The translations under genes and the position numbers were made by a program. From NCBI GenBank assembly GCA_005889345.1, contig VBFR01000184.1:9784-73783 (forward strand): a stretch of 64,000 nucleotides of DNA, given 5' to 3'. The notes below the pieces were generated by a model. That model was not told the DNA's origin. It worked only from the letters and a program-made list of their open reading frames with translations, and did not search any database. Source of the stretch: Chloroflexota bacterium (GTDB taxonomy: Bacteria > Chloroflexota > Dormibacteria > CF-121). Positions 35,107 through 44,276 of this stretch are shown here, piece after piece. Each line of letters opens with the position of its first letter. Position 1 is the stretch's first letter.

Positions 35107-36436
35107 GTCGCTGACCGAGCGCCTCGATCAGGCGCTCAAGAAGCTCACCGGCCGCGGCAAGCTCAGTGAAGCCGATGTCGACGCAGGCTTGCGGGAGGTG
35201 CGGCTCGCGCTCCTCGAGGCCGACGTCAACTACAAGGTGGTCAAGGACTTCGTCGCGAGCATCCGGGTACGTGCGGTCGGTGCCGAGGTGATGGACAGCC
35301 TCAACCCGGGACAGCAGCTGGTCAAGATCGTCGACGAGGAGATGGTGCGATTGCTCGGCGACCGCGTGCCTATGACCTACGCGCCGTCGCCGCCAACGGT
35401 GATCGTGCTCGCCGGACTGCAAGGCTCGGGCAAGACGACAACCGCGGGCAAGCTGGCGCTCTATACCCGCCGCGAAGGCCACCGGCCGCTGCTGGTGTCG
35501 ACCGACGTCCGCCGCCCGGCCGCGATGGAGCAGCTGGAGGCGCTGGCGAAAAGCATCAACGCGCCGGCCTTCGCCCCGCGCGGCATCGATCCCGTCGGGA
35601 TCGCCCGCGACTCGCTCGCGGAAGCGCGACGCGTGAACGCCGACGTCGTTATCGTCGACACGGCTGGCCGGCTCCAGGTCGACGAGGAGCTGCTCGTCGA
35701 ATTGAAGCGCATCACCGACGCCGTACCGTCGCAGCACCGGCTGCTGGTGCTCGACGCCATGACCGGTCAGCAGGCGGTCAACGTGACGAGCGCCTTCCAG
35801 CAGACCATCTCGCTGAGCGGCGCGATCCTTACCAAGATGGAAGGCGACGCGCGCGGCGGAGCGGCGCTCTCCTTGCGGGCGGTGACGCAGTGTCCCATCC
35901 AGTTCGTCGGCGTCGGCGAGAAACTGACGGATCTCGAGATCTTCTATCCCGATCGCATGGCCTCCCGCATCCTCGGGATGGGCGATGTGCTGACGCTGAT
36001 CGAGAAGGCGCAGGACCAGGTCGATGTATCGCAGGCGAAGGAGATGGAGAAAAAGCTCCGCGCCGGTCGGCTCACGCTCACCGACTTCATGGAGCAGTTG
36101 AAGCAGGTGAAGAAGATGGGCCCCCTGGAGGGGATCATCGGCATGCTCCCGGGTGCAGGAAAGATCAAGAACCTGGCCGGCGCACTGCCTAACGACGACC
36201 AGCTCAAGCAGATGGAGGCGATCATCCTATCGATGACGCCGGCGGAGCGGGAGCGACCGGAGGTGATCAACGGCAGCCGTCGGCGCCGTATCGCGCGCGG
36301 CGCTGGCACCGACATCGCGGCCGTCAACCGGCTACTCAAGGGTTTCGAGCAGATGCAGCAGATGATGAAACAGATGGGAAAGGGAAAGCGAATCAAGGGA
36401 TTACCCATGGATCCCGCACAACTTTTGAAAGGCTAG
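35099..36436 (+). CDS. ffh: Signal recognition particle protein Ffh
   Basis: GTG 35099 gives VFESLTERLDQALKKLTGRGKL. Contains GLQGSGKTTTAGKLA, DTAGRLQ, LTKMEGDARGG and an M-domain with a Met-rich tail. The track ORF start 35006 is upstream, inside ylxM. Confidence 0.95.
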   Translation: MFESLTERLDQALKKLTGRGKLSEADVDAGLREVRLALLEADVNYKVVKDFVASIRVRAVGAEVMDSLNPGQQLVKIVDEEMVRLLGDRVPMTYAPSPPTVIVLAGLQGSGKTTTAGKLALYTRREGHRPLLVSTDVRRPAAMEQLEALAKSINAPAFAPRGIDPVGIARDSLAEARRVNADVVIVDTAGRLQVDEELLVELKRITDAVPSQHRLLVLDAMTGQQAVNVTSAFQQTISLSGAILTKMEGDARGGAALSLRAVTQCPIQFVGVGEKLTDLEIFYPDRMASRILGMGDVLTLIEKAQDQVDVSQAKEMEKKLRAGRLTLTDFMEQLKQVKKMGPLEGIIGMLPGAGKIKNLAGALPNDDQLKQMEAIILSMTPAERERPEVINGSRRRRIARGAGTDIAAVNRLLKGFEQMQQMMKQMGKGKRIKGLPMDPAQLLKG

Positions 36437-36447
36437 GAGGTCTTGAT

Positions 36448-36816
36448 TTGTCGGTAAAAATTCGACTGAGGCGGATCGGCGCAAAGAAACACCCGTTCTA
36501 TCGGCTGGTGGTGGCGGATACTCGCTCACCCAGGGACGGCAAGTTCATCGAGATTCTCGGTACCTACGACCCGATGACGGAGCCCGTCAAGCTCAACATC
36601 GACGAGGAGAAGATCAAGGCCTGGCTGCAGAAGGGCGCGCGTCCTTCCGACACCGCGCGGGCGTTCTTGATCGGACGCGGACTGTTACCGAAAGAATCGG
36701 CGAAGAAGCGGCCCTCCAAGCCGACCAAAGCCGAAGCGGCCGCCGCGGCTGCCAAAGCCGCCCCCGCGGAAGGCGTTACTCCGGCCCCGGCCGCCGCCGC
36801 GACGCAGGGAGCCTAG
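36448..36816 (+). CDS. rpsP: 30S ribosomal protein S16 (with Ala/Lys/Pro-rich C-terminal extension)
   Basis: TTG start 7 nt after AGGAGG. Contains VKIRLRRIGAKKHPFYRLVVADTRSPRDGKFIE.LG.YDP. Confidence 0.94.
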   Translation: MSVKIRLRRIGAKKHPFYRLVVADTRSPRDGKFIEILGTYDPMTEPVKLNIDEEKIKAWLQKGARPSDTARAFLIGRGLLPKESAKKRPSKPTKAEAAAAAAKAAPAEGVTPAPAAAATQGA

Positions 36817-36818
36817 CG

Positions 36819-37055
36819 ATGCACGACTACACCGACCTGGTGAGCTACATCATCAAGGCAATGGTGTCGAAGCCCGAGGAGGTCAAAGTCGCGATGGTCG
36901 AAGGCGAGCGCACCAACCGGGTCGAGGTGACGCTCGCCAACGATGACGTCGGCAAGGTGATCGGGCGTGGTGGCCGTAACATCGACGCGATCCGCGCCGT
37001 GGTGCGGGCGGCCGCCCTCAAGAACCACGATCGGGTGATGGTCGAGATCGTGTGA
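36819..37055 (+). CDS. KH-domain RNA-binding protein (YlqC family)
   Basis: Contains [18 protein letters not shown] (the GxxG KH motif), in the conserved slot between rpsP and rimM. Confidence 0.9.
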   Translation: MHDYTDLVSYIIKAMVSKPEEVKVAMVEGERTNRVEVTLANDDVGKVIGRGGRNIDAIRAVVRAAALKNHDRVMVEIV

Positions 37056-37561
37056 CGGTCGAACCGGAGCCCGATCTTCGGATCGGGCGCGTGCTCAAGG
37101 CCCACGGCGTCAAGGGCGCGCTGCGCGTCGAGCTCCTCACCGATTTTCCCGATCGCTTCGCTCCCGGCTCCGAGGTCGTGGTCGCGGGTCGGCCGCTGCG
37201 GGTCGCCCGCTCGGAAGAAGCGGACGGCAGCATGCTGGTCACGTTCGAGGGCATCAGCGATCGCACCGCCGCCGAGCCGCTTGCCGGCGCGTATGTCACG
37301 GTGCCGCTAGCCGAGGCGCGCGCGTTGCCTGCCGACCACTACTACCACTTTCAATTGGTGGGTCTGACGGTGTTCGATACGCGTCAGGCCCGCCAGCTCG
37401 GCCGGGTGGCCGAAGTGCTGACCTACCCGGCGAACGACGTCTTGCGAGTCACGGATGGGGACCACGAGGTCTTGATCCCCATGATCCGGAGCGTCGTTCG
37501 TTCGATCGCTCCCGACGAGGGGAAGATCACCGTCGACCTCCCGGAGGAAACCGGGGCATGA
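37052..37561 (+). CDS. rimM: 16S rRNA processing protein RimM
   Basis: GTGA overlap with the upstream gene. Contains [17 protein letters not shown] and a PRC barrel at the C-terminus (Y.HQLVGL.V). Confidence 0.92.
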   Translation: MTVEPEPDLRIGRVLKAHGVKGALRVELLTDFPDRFAPGSEVVVAGRPLRVARSEEADGSMLVTFEGISDRTAAEPLAGAYVTVPLAEARALPADHYYHFQLVGLTVFDTRQARQLGRVAEVLTYPANDVLRVTDGDHEVLIPMIRSVVRSIAPDEGKITVDLPEETGA

Positions 37562-38232
37562 TCATCGAGGTCCTGACGCTTTTCCCCGAGATGTTTCCTG
37601 GGCCCTTGGCCGCCGGGGTCACGGGACGGGGGCTCGCCAGTGGGCTCGTGACGCTGCGTGTCCTCAACCTGCGCGACTACACGCACGATCGCCACCGGCA
37701 GGTCGACGATGTCCCCTATGGCGGGGGCGCCGGCATGGTCTTGAAGCCGGAGCCGATCTTCGAGGCGGTGCGGGCGCGCGCCGGCAAAGGCCCCGTCATT
37801 CTGCTCACGCCGCAGGGCGAATTGCTGAATCAGCGGTTGGTTCGCGAGCTGGCGAGCCACGATGACCTCTACCTCATCTGCGGCCGGTACGAGGGCGTCG
37901 ATGAGCGCGTCGCGGCCCACCTGGTTGACAGGGAGATCTCGATCGGCGACTACGTCCTCACGGGAGGCGAGCTCCCCGCCATGGTGCTGATCGATGCGGT
38001 CAGCCGGCTCGTTGCCGGCGTGCTGGGCTCTGAAGAATCGCCCAAGGACGAATCGTTCGACCAGCATCTCCTCGAGTATCCGCACTACACCCGACCGGCC
38101 GAGTTCGAAGGGCATCCGGTTCCCGAGGTCTTGCGCTCGGGCCACCACGCGGAGATCGAGCGCTGGCGCCGAGCCCAAGCCGCGGAACGGACCCGCCGCC
38201 GCCGCCCGGACCTGCTCGACCACCGGGGGTAG
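37558..38232 (+). CDS. trmD: tRNA (guanine37-N1)-methyltransferase
   Basis: ATGA overlap with rimM. Contains [46 protein letters not shown] and LEYPHYTRP. Confidence 0.95.
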   Translation: MIIEVLTLFPEMFPGPLAAGVTGRGLASGLVTLRVLNLRDYTHDRHRQVDDVPYGGGAGMVLKPEPIFEAVRARAGKGPVILLTPQGELLNQRLVRELASHDDLYLICGRYEGVDERVAAHLVDREISIGDYVLTGGELPAMVLIDAVSRLVAGVLGSEESPKDESFDQHLLEYPHYTRPAEFEGHPVPEVLRSGHHAEIERWRRAQAAERTRRRRPDLLDHRG

Positions 38233-38263
38233 CTCCGGGTCCGGGGTGATATCCTTGTACGCC

Positions 38264-38680
38264 GTGTCCAACGTCATCAACCTGCTGGAAGCCGAGTCCC
38301 AGCGCAAGAACGTTCCAACGTTGATTCCCGGCGACACCGTCAAGGTGCACGCCAAGGTGGTCGAGGGCACCCGCGAACGGATACAGATCTTCGAGGGCAT
38401 CGTCATCGGCTGCCGGGGCAGCGGTGCCAAGGAAGCCTTTACCGTTCGCCGCATCGCTCACGGCGTCGGGGTGGAGCGTAGCTTCCTGGTCCACTCGCCG
38501 CGCATCGACAAGATCGATGTTGTCCGGCATGGCAAGGTGCGCCGGGCGAAGCTGTACTACCTGCGAGGAAAAGTCGGAAAGAGCGCCCGTATCCGGGAGA
38601 AGCGCCAAGCCGTTGCCACAACTGCCGTCCCCGCCGATAACGAAGTCGCAACCGAAACGCCCGAAACGGCCGAAAGCTGA
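38264..38680 (+). CDS. rplS: 50S ribosomal protein L19 (with acidic C-terminal extension)
   Basis: GTG 38264 gives [48 protein letters not shown]. An alternative GTG lies at 38246. Confidence 0.92.
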   Translation: MSNVINLLEAESQRKNVPTLIPGDTVKVHAKVVEGTRERIQIFEGIVIGCRGSGAKEAFTVRRIAHGVGVERSFLVHSPRIDKIDVVRHGKVRRAKLYYLRGKVGKSARIREKRQAVATTAVPADNEVATETPETAES

Positions 38681-39326
38681 CCGGGACCTCTGGGTCTTCG
38701 AGCGGCAGGCCTTCGGCCTGGGTTATGCGACGGTTGCCGGCGTCGATGAGGCCGGTCGCGGACCCTGGGCCGGTCCGGTGGTGGCTGGAGCCGCGATCAT
38801 GCGTCCCTACTTTCACTGCGAGGGTATCGACGACTCCAAGCTGCTGACCGCCGAGGAGCGCGACCATTACTACGACTGCATCCTGGACGGCGCGGAGGCC
38901 TGGGGCGTCGGCATCGTCGAGGTCGACGAGATCGACCGCGTGGGCGTGTCGCGGGCGAACCGCTGGGCGATGGGCATCGCGCTGCAGCAGCTTGGCCGGT
39001 CGATCGATTACCTGCTGGTCGACGGCTTCTTGCTACCCGAGTCGCTGACGCCGCAATTGCCGATCGTGAAAGGCGACCGGCGCTCGATCTCGATCATGGC
39101 GGGCGGCATTCTCGCCAAGGTCACCCGCGACCGGCTGATGATGCGCATGGCCGAAAAGTTCCCGGGGTATGGCTTCGACGCGCACAAGGGATACCCGACA
39201 CCCGACCATCTGGCGGCCATGGACCGGCACGGTCTGAGCCCGCTGCACCGGCGCTCCTTCATCTCGATTCGCACGCGCGCCGAGCTGGAAGCGGCCGCTA
39301 TTGCCAGTCAAACCGCTCGGGACTAG
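38613..39326 (+). CDS. rnhB: Ribonuclease HII
   Basis: Contains [28 protein letters not shown] and KGD..S.SI.AG.ILAKV.RD. The start is unclear. TTG 38613 is the closest canonical start upstream of the conserved core and overlaps rplS by 68 nt. The track ATG 38424 seems too far upstream. Confidence 0.88.
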   Translation: MPQLPSPPITKSQPKRPKRPKADRDLWVFERQAFGLGYATVAGVDEAGRGPWAGPVVAGAAIMRPYFHCEGIDDSKLLTAEERDHYYDCILDGAEAWGVGIVEVDEIDRVGVSRANRWAMGIALQQLGRSIDYLLVDGFLLPESLTPQLPIVKGDRRSISIMAGGILAKVTRDRLMMRMAEKFPGYGFDAHKGYPTPDHLAAMDRHGLSPLHRRSFISIRTRAELEAAAIASQTARD

Positions 39327-39654
39327 CGGCGAGGCGCTGGCCGAGGACCACCTGCGTGGTCTCGGCTACGAGATCGTTGGCCGGGACGTCAGGACGCCGC
39401 TCGGTCAGCTGGACCTGGTCGCAAAAGATGGGAGGACGCTGGTCTTCGTCGAGGTCAAGACGCGGGCCGGACACGGATTCGGCCTGCCCCAGGAGTCGGT
39501 CGACGCTCGGAAGATCCGGAAGCTGCGGCAGCTGGCGCTGTACTACTTAAAGATACGGCCGCATCGGGGTCCTGTCCGCTTCGACGTGGTCGGGCTGACG
39601 GTCAGCGACGAGCGCCTGATTCGCGTCGACCACATCAAGAACGCCATCGTCTAG
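39301..39654 (+). CDS. yraN: YraN family endonuclease (UPF0102)
   Basis: TTG start. Contains GE..A...L...GY.I..R......G.LDLVA.DG..LVFVEVKTR. Confidence 0.88.
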   Translation: MPVKPLGTSGEALAEDHLRGLGYEIVGRDVRTPLGQLDLVAKDGRTLVFVEVKTRAGHGFGLPQESVDARKIRKLRQLALYYLKIRPHRGPVRFDVVGLTVSDERLIRVDHIKNAIV

Positions 39655-39679
39655 CTGATTCGTCGCGCGGGGGCGGAGC

Positions 39680-40234
39680 CTACGGAGTGACCCGGACTAC
39701 GAAGACTAGCGTTAGTCCCTTGAGGTGGCCGGCGATCTCCCAGCAGCCCGCCGTCGGGATCTCGACTCCGACCAGGATCGATGAGCCGATGTCCTCGGCG
39801 AAGGCGTTAGTAGCCGTTGAGGCGCGAAGCGGTGTTGCGGATCCGTCGATGCGCCTACCAGTAACCGTCAGAGGGCTCTTCCAGTCGTAGCCCTGGCTCC
39901 ACCAGAAGACCTTCTGGGTGTACGCGCCGTCGTGATAGGGAAGGGCCCTCCAAGTCCCGTCCGGCAGGAGCGAGGTCCACAGCGGCGGCGTTCCGTACCA
40001 GAACTCGCCGAGGCGTGCCGACCCCGGGGCTGGACCGGGAGGTGCGGGAGGCACGAATGGAGGATTCGGAGGTCTGGTGATCGGGCAGCCCTGGGGGTCG
40101 GCCGCTACGGTCGGTGCGGTGGCAGACATCGCCCCCGGATCAGCCGCTCGGCCACACGATGCCAGCAGCAGAACCACCACGAGGGTCAGCCACTGCCAGT
40201 CTCGGGCGACCGTGGATCTTTGCGAAGCCCCCAT
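39680..40234 (-). CDS. Hypothetical lipoprotein
   Basis: MGASQRSTVARDWQWLTLVVVLLLASC is a signal peptide plus lipobox. It is followed by a Pro-rich linker and a W/Y-rich globular domain. The track start 40273 is 13 codons further upstream. Confidence 0.6.
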   Translation of the reverse strand: MGASQRSTVARDWQWLTLVVVLLLASCGRAADPGAMSATAPTVAADPQGCPITRPPNPPFVPPAPPGPAPGSARLGEFWYGTPPLWTSLLPDGTWRALPYHDGAYTQKVFWWSQGYDWKSPLTVTGRRIDGSATPLRASTATNAFAEDIGSSILVGVEIPTAGCWEIAGHLKGLTLVFVVRVTP

Positions 40235-40323
40235 CCCGTTGCTATTACATTCGACGTCGGAAGTTGGTTCCATCCGGGTGGTAATAGACGCTGTCGGTCG
40301 ATCGACCCGGGCAGGCTCCAGCG

Positions 40324-41385
40324 CTAGCGATCGGCCTTGTCATAGCTGAGGTAGTAGTACAGCTCGAAGTAGGTCTTGGAATGGGGTGGGTTGAGCGTGT
40401 GATCCAGAATGGCCGGATCGTCGATGGCGACGATCAGTTGTTGATGGATGCCATTCCGATAGTCGTGATGCGACAACTGGCTGTCCCACAGCGTATTGGC
40501 CGGATTCGGATGGAGCGACCAACCGTGGCTCGCCAGCCACTGGTCGTACCACTGGTTGATCACAGCCGCAGACTGACTGCTCGTGAGGTACGTTCGGACT
40601 TCCGCGGTGTGCGAGCATCCCGCATCGATGTGTTGGGCGTAGGCGACCGACTGGGGAGCATACAGTTGCGCTTCGCTATGGGAGAGCGCCTCAGCCCGCG
40701 ACGGGAAATTGGGAACCCCGTCGCTCGAGGCCGCCGCCAGCAGGTGACCAGCCGAGACGTTCGCGGCGATCGCGACGACCGGAGCCAGGAGACCCACGAG
40801 CAGGACGGCGCGGCTGGAACGTAGGGCGCGGAATCCCAAACTCGCCCAGAGCCAGGGTAGGACGCTGGCGCACCCACAGCCCATTCGAGCCGCTGAGCCC
40901 ACGGCGCCAGCCGCCTCCAGCGTCTGTGGTGCCGGATCCTGGCCCGGGCCATTCACCACACTCGCGTACCAGGTCCGTCCGTTGAACAGGACCAGGCCGA
41001 AGACGCCAACCGCGGAGATCAGGATCGACCACCAGAACACCCAGGCGAAACCTGGCGAGGCCCCTCCGACTGACCGGACCGCAAGCAAAACCATGAGGGC
41101 TTCCATGATCACCGCAGTGATCACGGCCCGCATCGTTCGGAGCTTTGCTCCCACGACGGCGATCAGCAGGCCAACCGGCCAGAAAACGAGGAAGAGGAAG
41201 GCTGCCTGGCCGGCAGAGAAGGCGGCGAGAAATCCGCAGCTCGCAGGCGGCACTAAGGTGAAGAGGAACGACACCGCCCAAACGAGCACCGCGCCAGCCT
41301 GGAATAGGACAAGCCAGCCCGCCACCTGAAATCCCGTGGGCGGTCTGGTCGGGGGCGCCCCGATCGGCTCTGGCTGGGCGGCCAT
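40324..41385 (-). CDS. Hypothetical polytopic membrane protein with C-terminal soluble domain
   Basis: About 7 hydrophobic segments over the first 230 aa or so, then a roughly 120-aa W/H/Y-rich domain (INQWYDQWLASHGWSLHPNP...YFELYYYLSY). No family recognised. Confidence 0.6.
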   Translation of the reverse strand: MAAQPEPIGAPPTRPPTGFQVAGWLVLFQAGAVLVWAVSFLFTLVPPASCGFLAAFSAGQAAFLFLVFWPVGLLIAVVGAKLRTMRAVITAVIMEALMVLLAVRSVGGASPGFAWVFWWSILISAVGVFGLVLFNGRTWYASVVNGPGQDPAPQTLEAAGAVGSAARMGCGCASVLPWLWASLGFRALRSSRAVLLVGLLAPVVAIAANVSAGHLLAAASSDGVPNFPSRAEALSHSEAQLYAPQSVAYAQHIDAGCSHTAEVRTYLTSSQSAAVINQWYDQWLASHGWSLHPNPANTLWDSQLSHHDYRNGIHQQLIVAIDDPAILDHTLNPPHSKTYFELYYYLSYDKADR

Positions 41386-41456
41386 GGCGCCTATAACGTC
41401 GGTTCGCCGGCAAACCGACTGTCAGGGTGGCTCGCTGCGGATCAGACTGGACGGCT

Positions 41457-42479
41457 CTAAAGGACGAACTTGGATTGTGCGGCGGCGTAGCGGCCGGCTT
41501 TGCGGAAGCTGTCCGCGTCAACGGCCAGCTTGCGGGACACCTCCAGCGCCAGCCACTGCAACGGCACGACGTTGATGATCGGAGCGAGGCGTTCATCGAT
41601 CGCCGGGGTTTCCAGCGCGACGGTCGCCTTGAGACTGGCGGCCGCGGGACCGACGGCCATGGTTGCCGCGCCGATCTCGCGGAGGGCCGCGGCTAGCTCG
41701 GTGGTCCTCTCGAGGGCAGGCCCCGGCTGCGCCACCATGACGACCGAGTCCTCCGCCGTGAGGCTGATCAGCGGCCCGTGGAGGATGCTCTCCAGCTCGT
41801 GGCCCTCAGCGCTCAGGTACGACGCCTCGCGTAGCTTGAGCGCTCCCTCGAGCGCGGTCGCGTGTGCGGGGCCGCCTCCAACAAAGTGGACGACCCGGTC
41901 GAGGTGGAGCCGAGCGAGAGCGTGGACCACCGCCGCGCGGAGCCGTAGCGTCACGCGGATCGCGTCGGGCACCCGGGCAAGCTCGGCGGTCCACGGCGGC
42001 GATCCGAGGCCGACAGCCAGTTGCGCGAGGCGGACCATCGCCCCGGTGTGGCTTGCCGTGTGCACGGGCGAGCGCTCCTGCGCAACCGTGTGGACGACGC
42101 CCAGGCCGCTGAGCGGGGAGCCCTCGCCCGTGATAGCCAGCCAGCGGTCAGGGCTGCCCAACGCCTCGAGCGCTGCCTGGCTGAAGCGCTTGGTTCCGCG
42201 ATGGCTGAGCAGCACGAGGCCATCATCGGCCTTGATGCGTGGTGGATAATTCGCGAACTCAAACGCCGGAATCGCCCAGGCGTCGACGCCCGCGCTCCGC
42301 AGTAGGAACTGCCCGACGAGCGCGCCGTGGTAGCTGGTCCCCGTGCCGACGATGAAAATGCGTGACCGACCCGATAACCGCGCGATGGCAGATGCCGACG
42401 GTGGGTCATGGAGAAGCCTCTCCAGCTCGGCCGGTTGCGACTCGATGGTCTGCTCGAGAAACGCGCCGGCGGCTGTCAG
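41457..42479 (-). CDS. SIS (sugar isomerase) domain protein, GlmS-isomerase/AgaS-like
   Basis: The track ORF starts at GTG 42215. The same frame is open upstream and encodes FLEQTIESQPAELERLL...SRIFIVGTGTSYHGALVGQ, the SIS N-terminal signature. The only plausible start is CTG 42479, which overlaps the Nudix TGA (CTGA). Confidence 0.85.
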   Translation of the reverse strand: MTAAGAFLEQTIESQPAELERLLHDPPSASAIARLSGRSRIFIVGTGTSYHGALVGQFLLRSAGVDAWAIPAFEFANYPPRIKADDGLVLLSHRGTKRFSQAALEALGSPDRWLAITGEGSPLSGLGVVHTVAQERSPVHTASHTGAMVRLAQLAVGLGSPPWTAELARVPDAIRVTLRLRAAVVHALARLHLDRVVHFVGGGPAHATALEGALKLREASYLSAEGHELESILHGPLISLTAEDSVVMVAQPGPALERTTELAAALREIGAATMAVGPAAASLKATVALETPAIDERLAPIINVVPLQWLALEVSRKLAVDADSFRKAGRYAAAQSKFVL

Positions 42480-43072
42480 GCGGCTTCTTCCCAGGCTTTG
42501 AGGAACTGATACACGATCCGGCCGGTGGCGCCCCAGATGACGTCTTCGCCAACCGTGTAGTAATGAATGCGGTATTGCTGCTCGCCGACACTGCGGGTCT
42601 CGGTCGTATGCACCTTCGGATCCAGCAGTTCGGTGACCGGCACTACCAGCAGACTCTTCACCTCGTCCGGCGCCAGCACAAGGTCATCGATGCCGCCCTC
42701 GACCAGGCCGACCACGGGGGTGATGACAAAGCTGCTGACCGCCGTGAAGACATCGTCCAGCTCGCCGAGCACCGTAACACGCGATGGCTCGAGGCCGATC
42801 TCTTCATAGCTTTCGCGCAGAGCCGTCTCGACCGTCTCCACATCCGAGTCCTCGCGCTGCCCACCGGGGAAGGAGATCTGTCCCTTGTGCGTCAGGACGG
42901 TGTCCGTGCGCCGCGTGAAGAGGACCTCGATATCGTTGCCGCGCGACACCAGGGGAATCAGCACCCCGGCCCGGACCAGCGGTGGCGCCGTGTCGATGGT
43001 GCGCCGGAGGCGATGCTCGAGCACCTGGCGCAGCCGCTCGAGGCGGGTGCTGGCGGCGGTCGTCAGGTCCAC
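42476..43072 (-). CDS. Nudix hydrolase, CoA pyrophosphatase-like
   Basis: Nudix box GQISFPGGQREDSDVETVETALRESYEEIGL, plus the upstream LTHKG motif typical of CoA pyrophosphatases. GTG 43072 overlaps the Zn-ribbon gene by 10 nt. The track ORF extends further upstream, to 43312. Confidence 0.85.
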   Translation of the reverse strand: MDLTTAASTRLERLRQVLEHRLRRTIDTAPPLVRAGVLIPLVSRGNDIEVLFTRRTDTVLTHKGQISFPGGQREDSDVETVETALRESYEEIGLEPSRVTVLGELDDVFTAVSSFVITPVVGLVEGGIDDLVLAPDEVKSLLVVPVTELLDPKVHTTETRSVGEQQYRIHYYTVGEDVIWGATGRIVYQFLKAWEEAA

Positions 43073-43248
43073 GCCTCGAACGAGACCGGCACCTGGTGGC
43101 CGCAATGGGTGCAGACCCAGACCTGGCCTCGGCGCGTCACCTCCCGCCCATCGTCGAGCCGGACGGACTGGTCCGGCCCGTTGATCCGCTCCCAACGGGG
43201 CATGTGCTTGCACTGATCGCAGGTCGGAGGCGGTGGGTTGGTCTTCAC
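43063..43248 (-). CDS. Small zinc-ribbon protein (61 aa)
   Basis: Sequence MKTNPPPPTCDQCKHMP...VWVCTHCGH, with two CxxC pairs. Its GTG overlaps the upstream TGA (GTGA). Confidence 0.6.
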   Translation of the reverse strand: MKTNPPPPTCDQCKHMPRWERINGPDQSVRLDDGREVTRRGQVWVCTHCGHQVPVSFEAWT

Positions 43249-43738
43249 TCGCCTCGATTATCCCCGCTGGCGTCAGAATCAAGCCGGCGAAGTACCCGCG
43301 CTGGATTCCCACCGACGATTACGCCCGAGGGGATGTCGTCAAAGACGACGGCGTGGATGCCGACGACCGTGTCGCGCCCGATCCGGACTCCGGGGAGGAC
43401 CGAGACCTGTCCGCCGATCCAGACGTTGTCCTCGATGACCACCGGTCGGGCCCGGCCGGGGTGCCGGCGATCGACCGGCGACTCGGAATAGGGGAGATGG
43501 TCAAAAACCTCGCACCGATGTGGATGACCGCCTCTGGTCGGGTGGTGATCAGGCGGTTGACCTCGGCGTGTGACCAGGCGTTGACGTCAGCCCCGAATTC
43601 CACCCGCCCGGGACCGGAAATCCGGAGCCTCCCATTGCCGAGGAGGCCGGGTCCGATGTGGATGTTGTGGCTCAACCGGTAGGAGAGCGTGGTAACCCAG
43701 CCGAGGGCGCGAGCGGCGGAGGTTTTCCATTGCATCAC
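43245..43738 (-). pseudogene. Hexapeptide-repeat acetyltransferase interrupted by a 1-nt frameshift in a homopolymer
   Basis: The N-terminal half is in track ORF 43319..43738 (...VIHIGARF). The C-terminal half is in track ORF 43245..43442 (VVIEDNVWIGGQVSVLPGVRIGRDTVVG...GGNPARV). Adding one T to the T5 run (plus-strand A5 at 43503-43507) gives a continuous LbH protein. Confidence 0.7.
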
Positions 43739-43813
43739 TTGTGTGATGATCCGGCGGCGTACGACGATAGGAGGGGAATCGTCAGCTAATCATCGGGGAA
43801 CGGGAGGATCACG

Positions 43814-44242
43814 GTGGCGAAGACACTCGACGAGTCGAAACTCCGGAGCCGGCACCGCAACGCCTACATCGCGCTCTATATCGTCGGCGGGTTGACCCTG
43901 CTGCTTGGCCTGGTGGCAGAACTGGGCCGCGTCGGCGTCCTGCTGCAACTGTTCGGGAGCGGTTGGGGGGTCGCGGCTGAAGGCCTGATCCTGCTGGTCC
44001 TCGGCTACTTCACCATGCGCGGCTCGCTGTTGGCGCTGGGCATCGCCCTGGGACTGTACGCGATCGACGCCATCGCCACCGTCGCGATCGCCGGCATCCA
44101 GGGGATCTGGCTTCGGCTGCTGGTCCTGTTCTTCCTGGTTCAGGGCTTCATGGCGCTGCGCGAGCTGAAGCGTCGTCAGACCACCGCCAGTCCGAGCGCG
44201 GAACCGTCGGGACCCCGTCAGGAGCATTCGACTACAGGCTGA
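43814..44242 (+). CDS. Hypothetical membrane protein (142 aa, about 4 TM helices)
   Basis: ORF track entry with hydrophobic segments. GTG start. No family recognised. Confidence 0.55.
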   Translation: MAKTLDESKLRSRHRNAYIALYIVGGLTLLLGLVAELGRVGVLLQLFGSGWGVAAEGLILLVLGYFTMRGSLLALGIALGLYAIDAIATVAIAGIQGIWLRLLVLFFLVQGFMALRELKRRQTTASPSAEPSGPRQEHSTTG

Positions 44243-44262
44243 CGCATATACACAAACTAGTG

Positions 44263-44268
44263 TAATAT
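44263..44268 (+). promoter_or_regulatory. -10 box TAATAT, 8 nt upstream of the comM GTG (leaderless candidate)
   Basis: TAATAT-cggccctg-GTG, with no Shine-Dalgarno. Confidence 0.35.
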
Positions 44269-44276
44269 CGGCCCTG

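Noticed and set aside
38424-38612. The track start ATG 38424 for RNase HII
   Set aside because: It would overlap rplS by 257 nt and add about 85 non-conserved residues. A start close to the rplS stop (TTG 38613 or later) fits the family's normal N-terminus better.
43496-43515. Programmed -1 ribosomal frameshift at the T-run in the acetyltransferase
   Set aside because: The sequence G-UUU-UUG does not satisfy the X XXY YYZ slippery heptamer. I see no obvious downstream pseudoknot or hairpin. A homopolymer indel (error or mutation) is more parsimonious.
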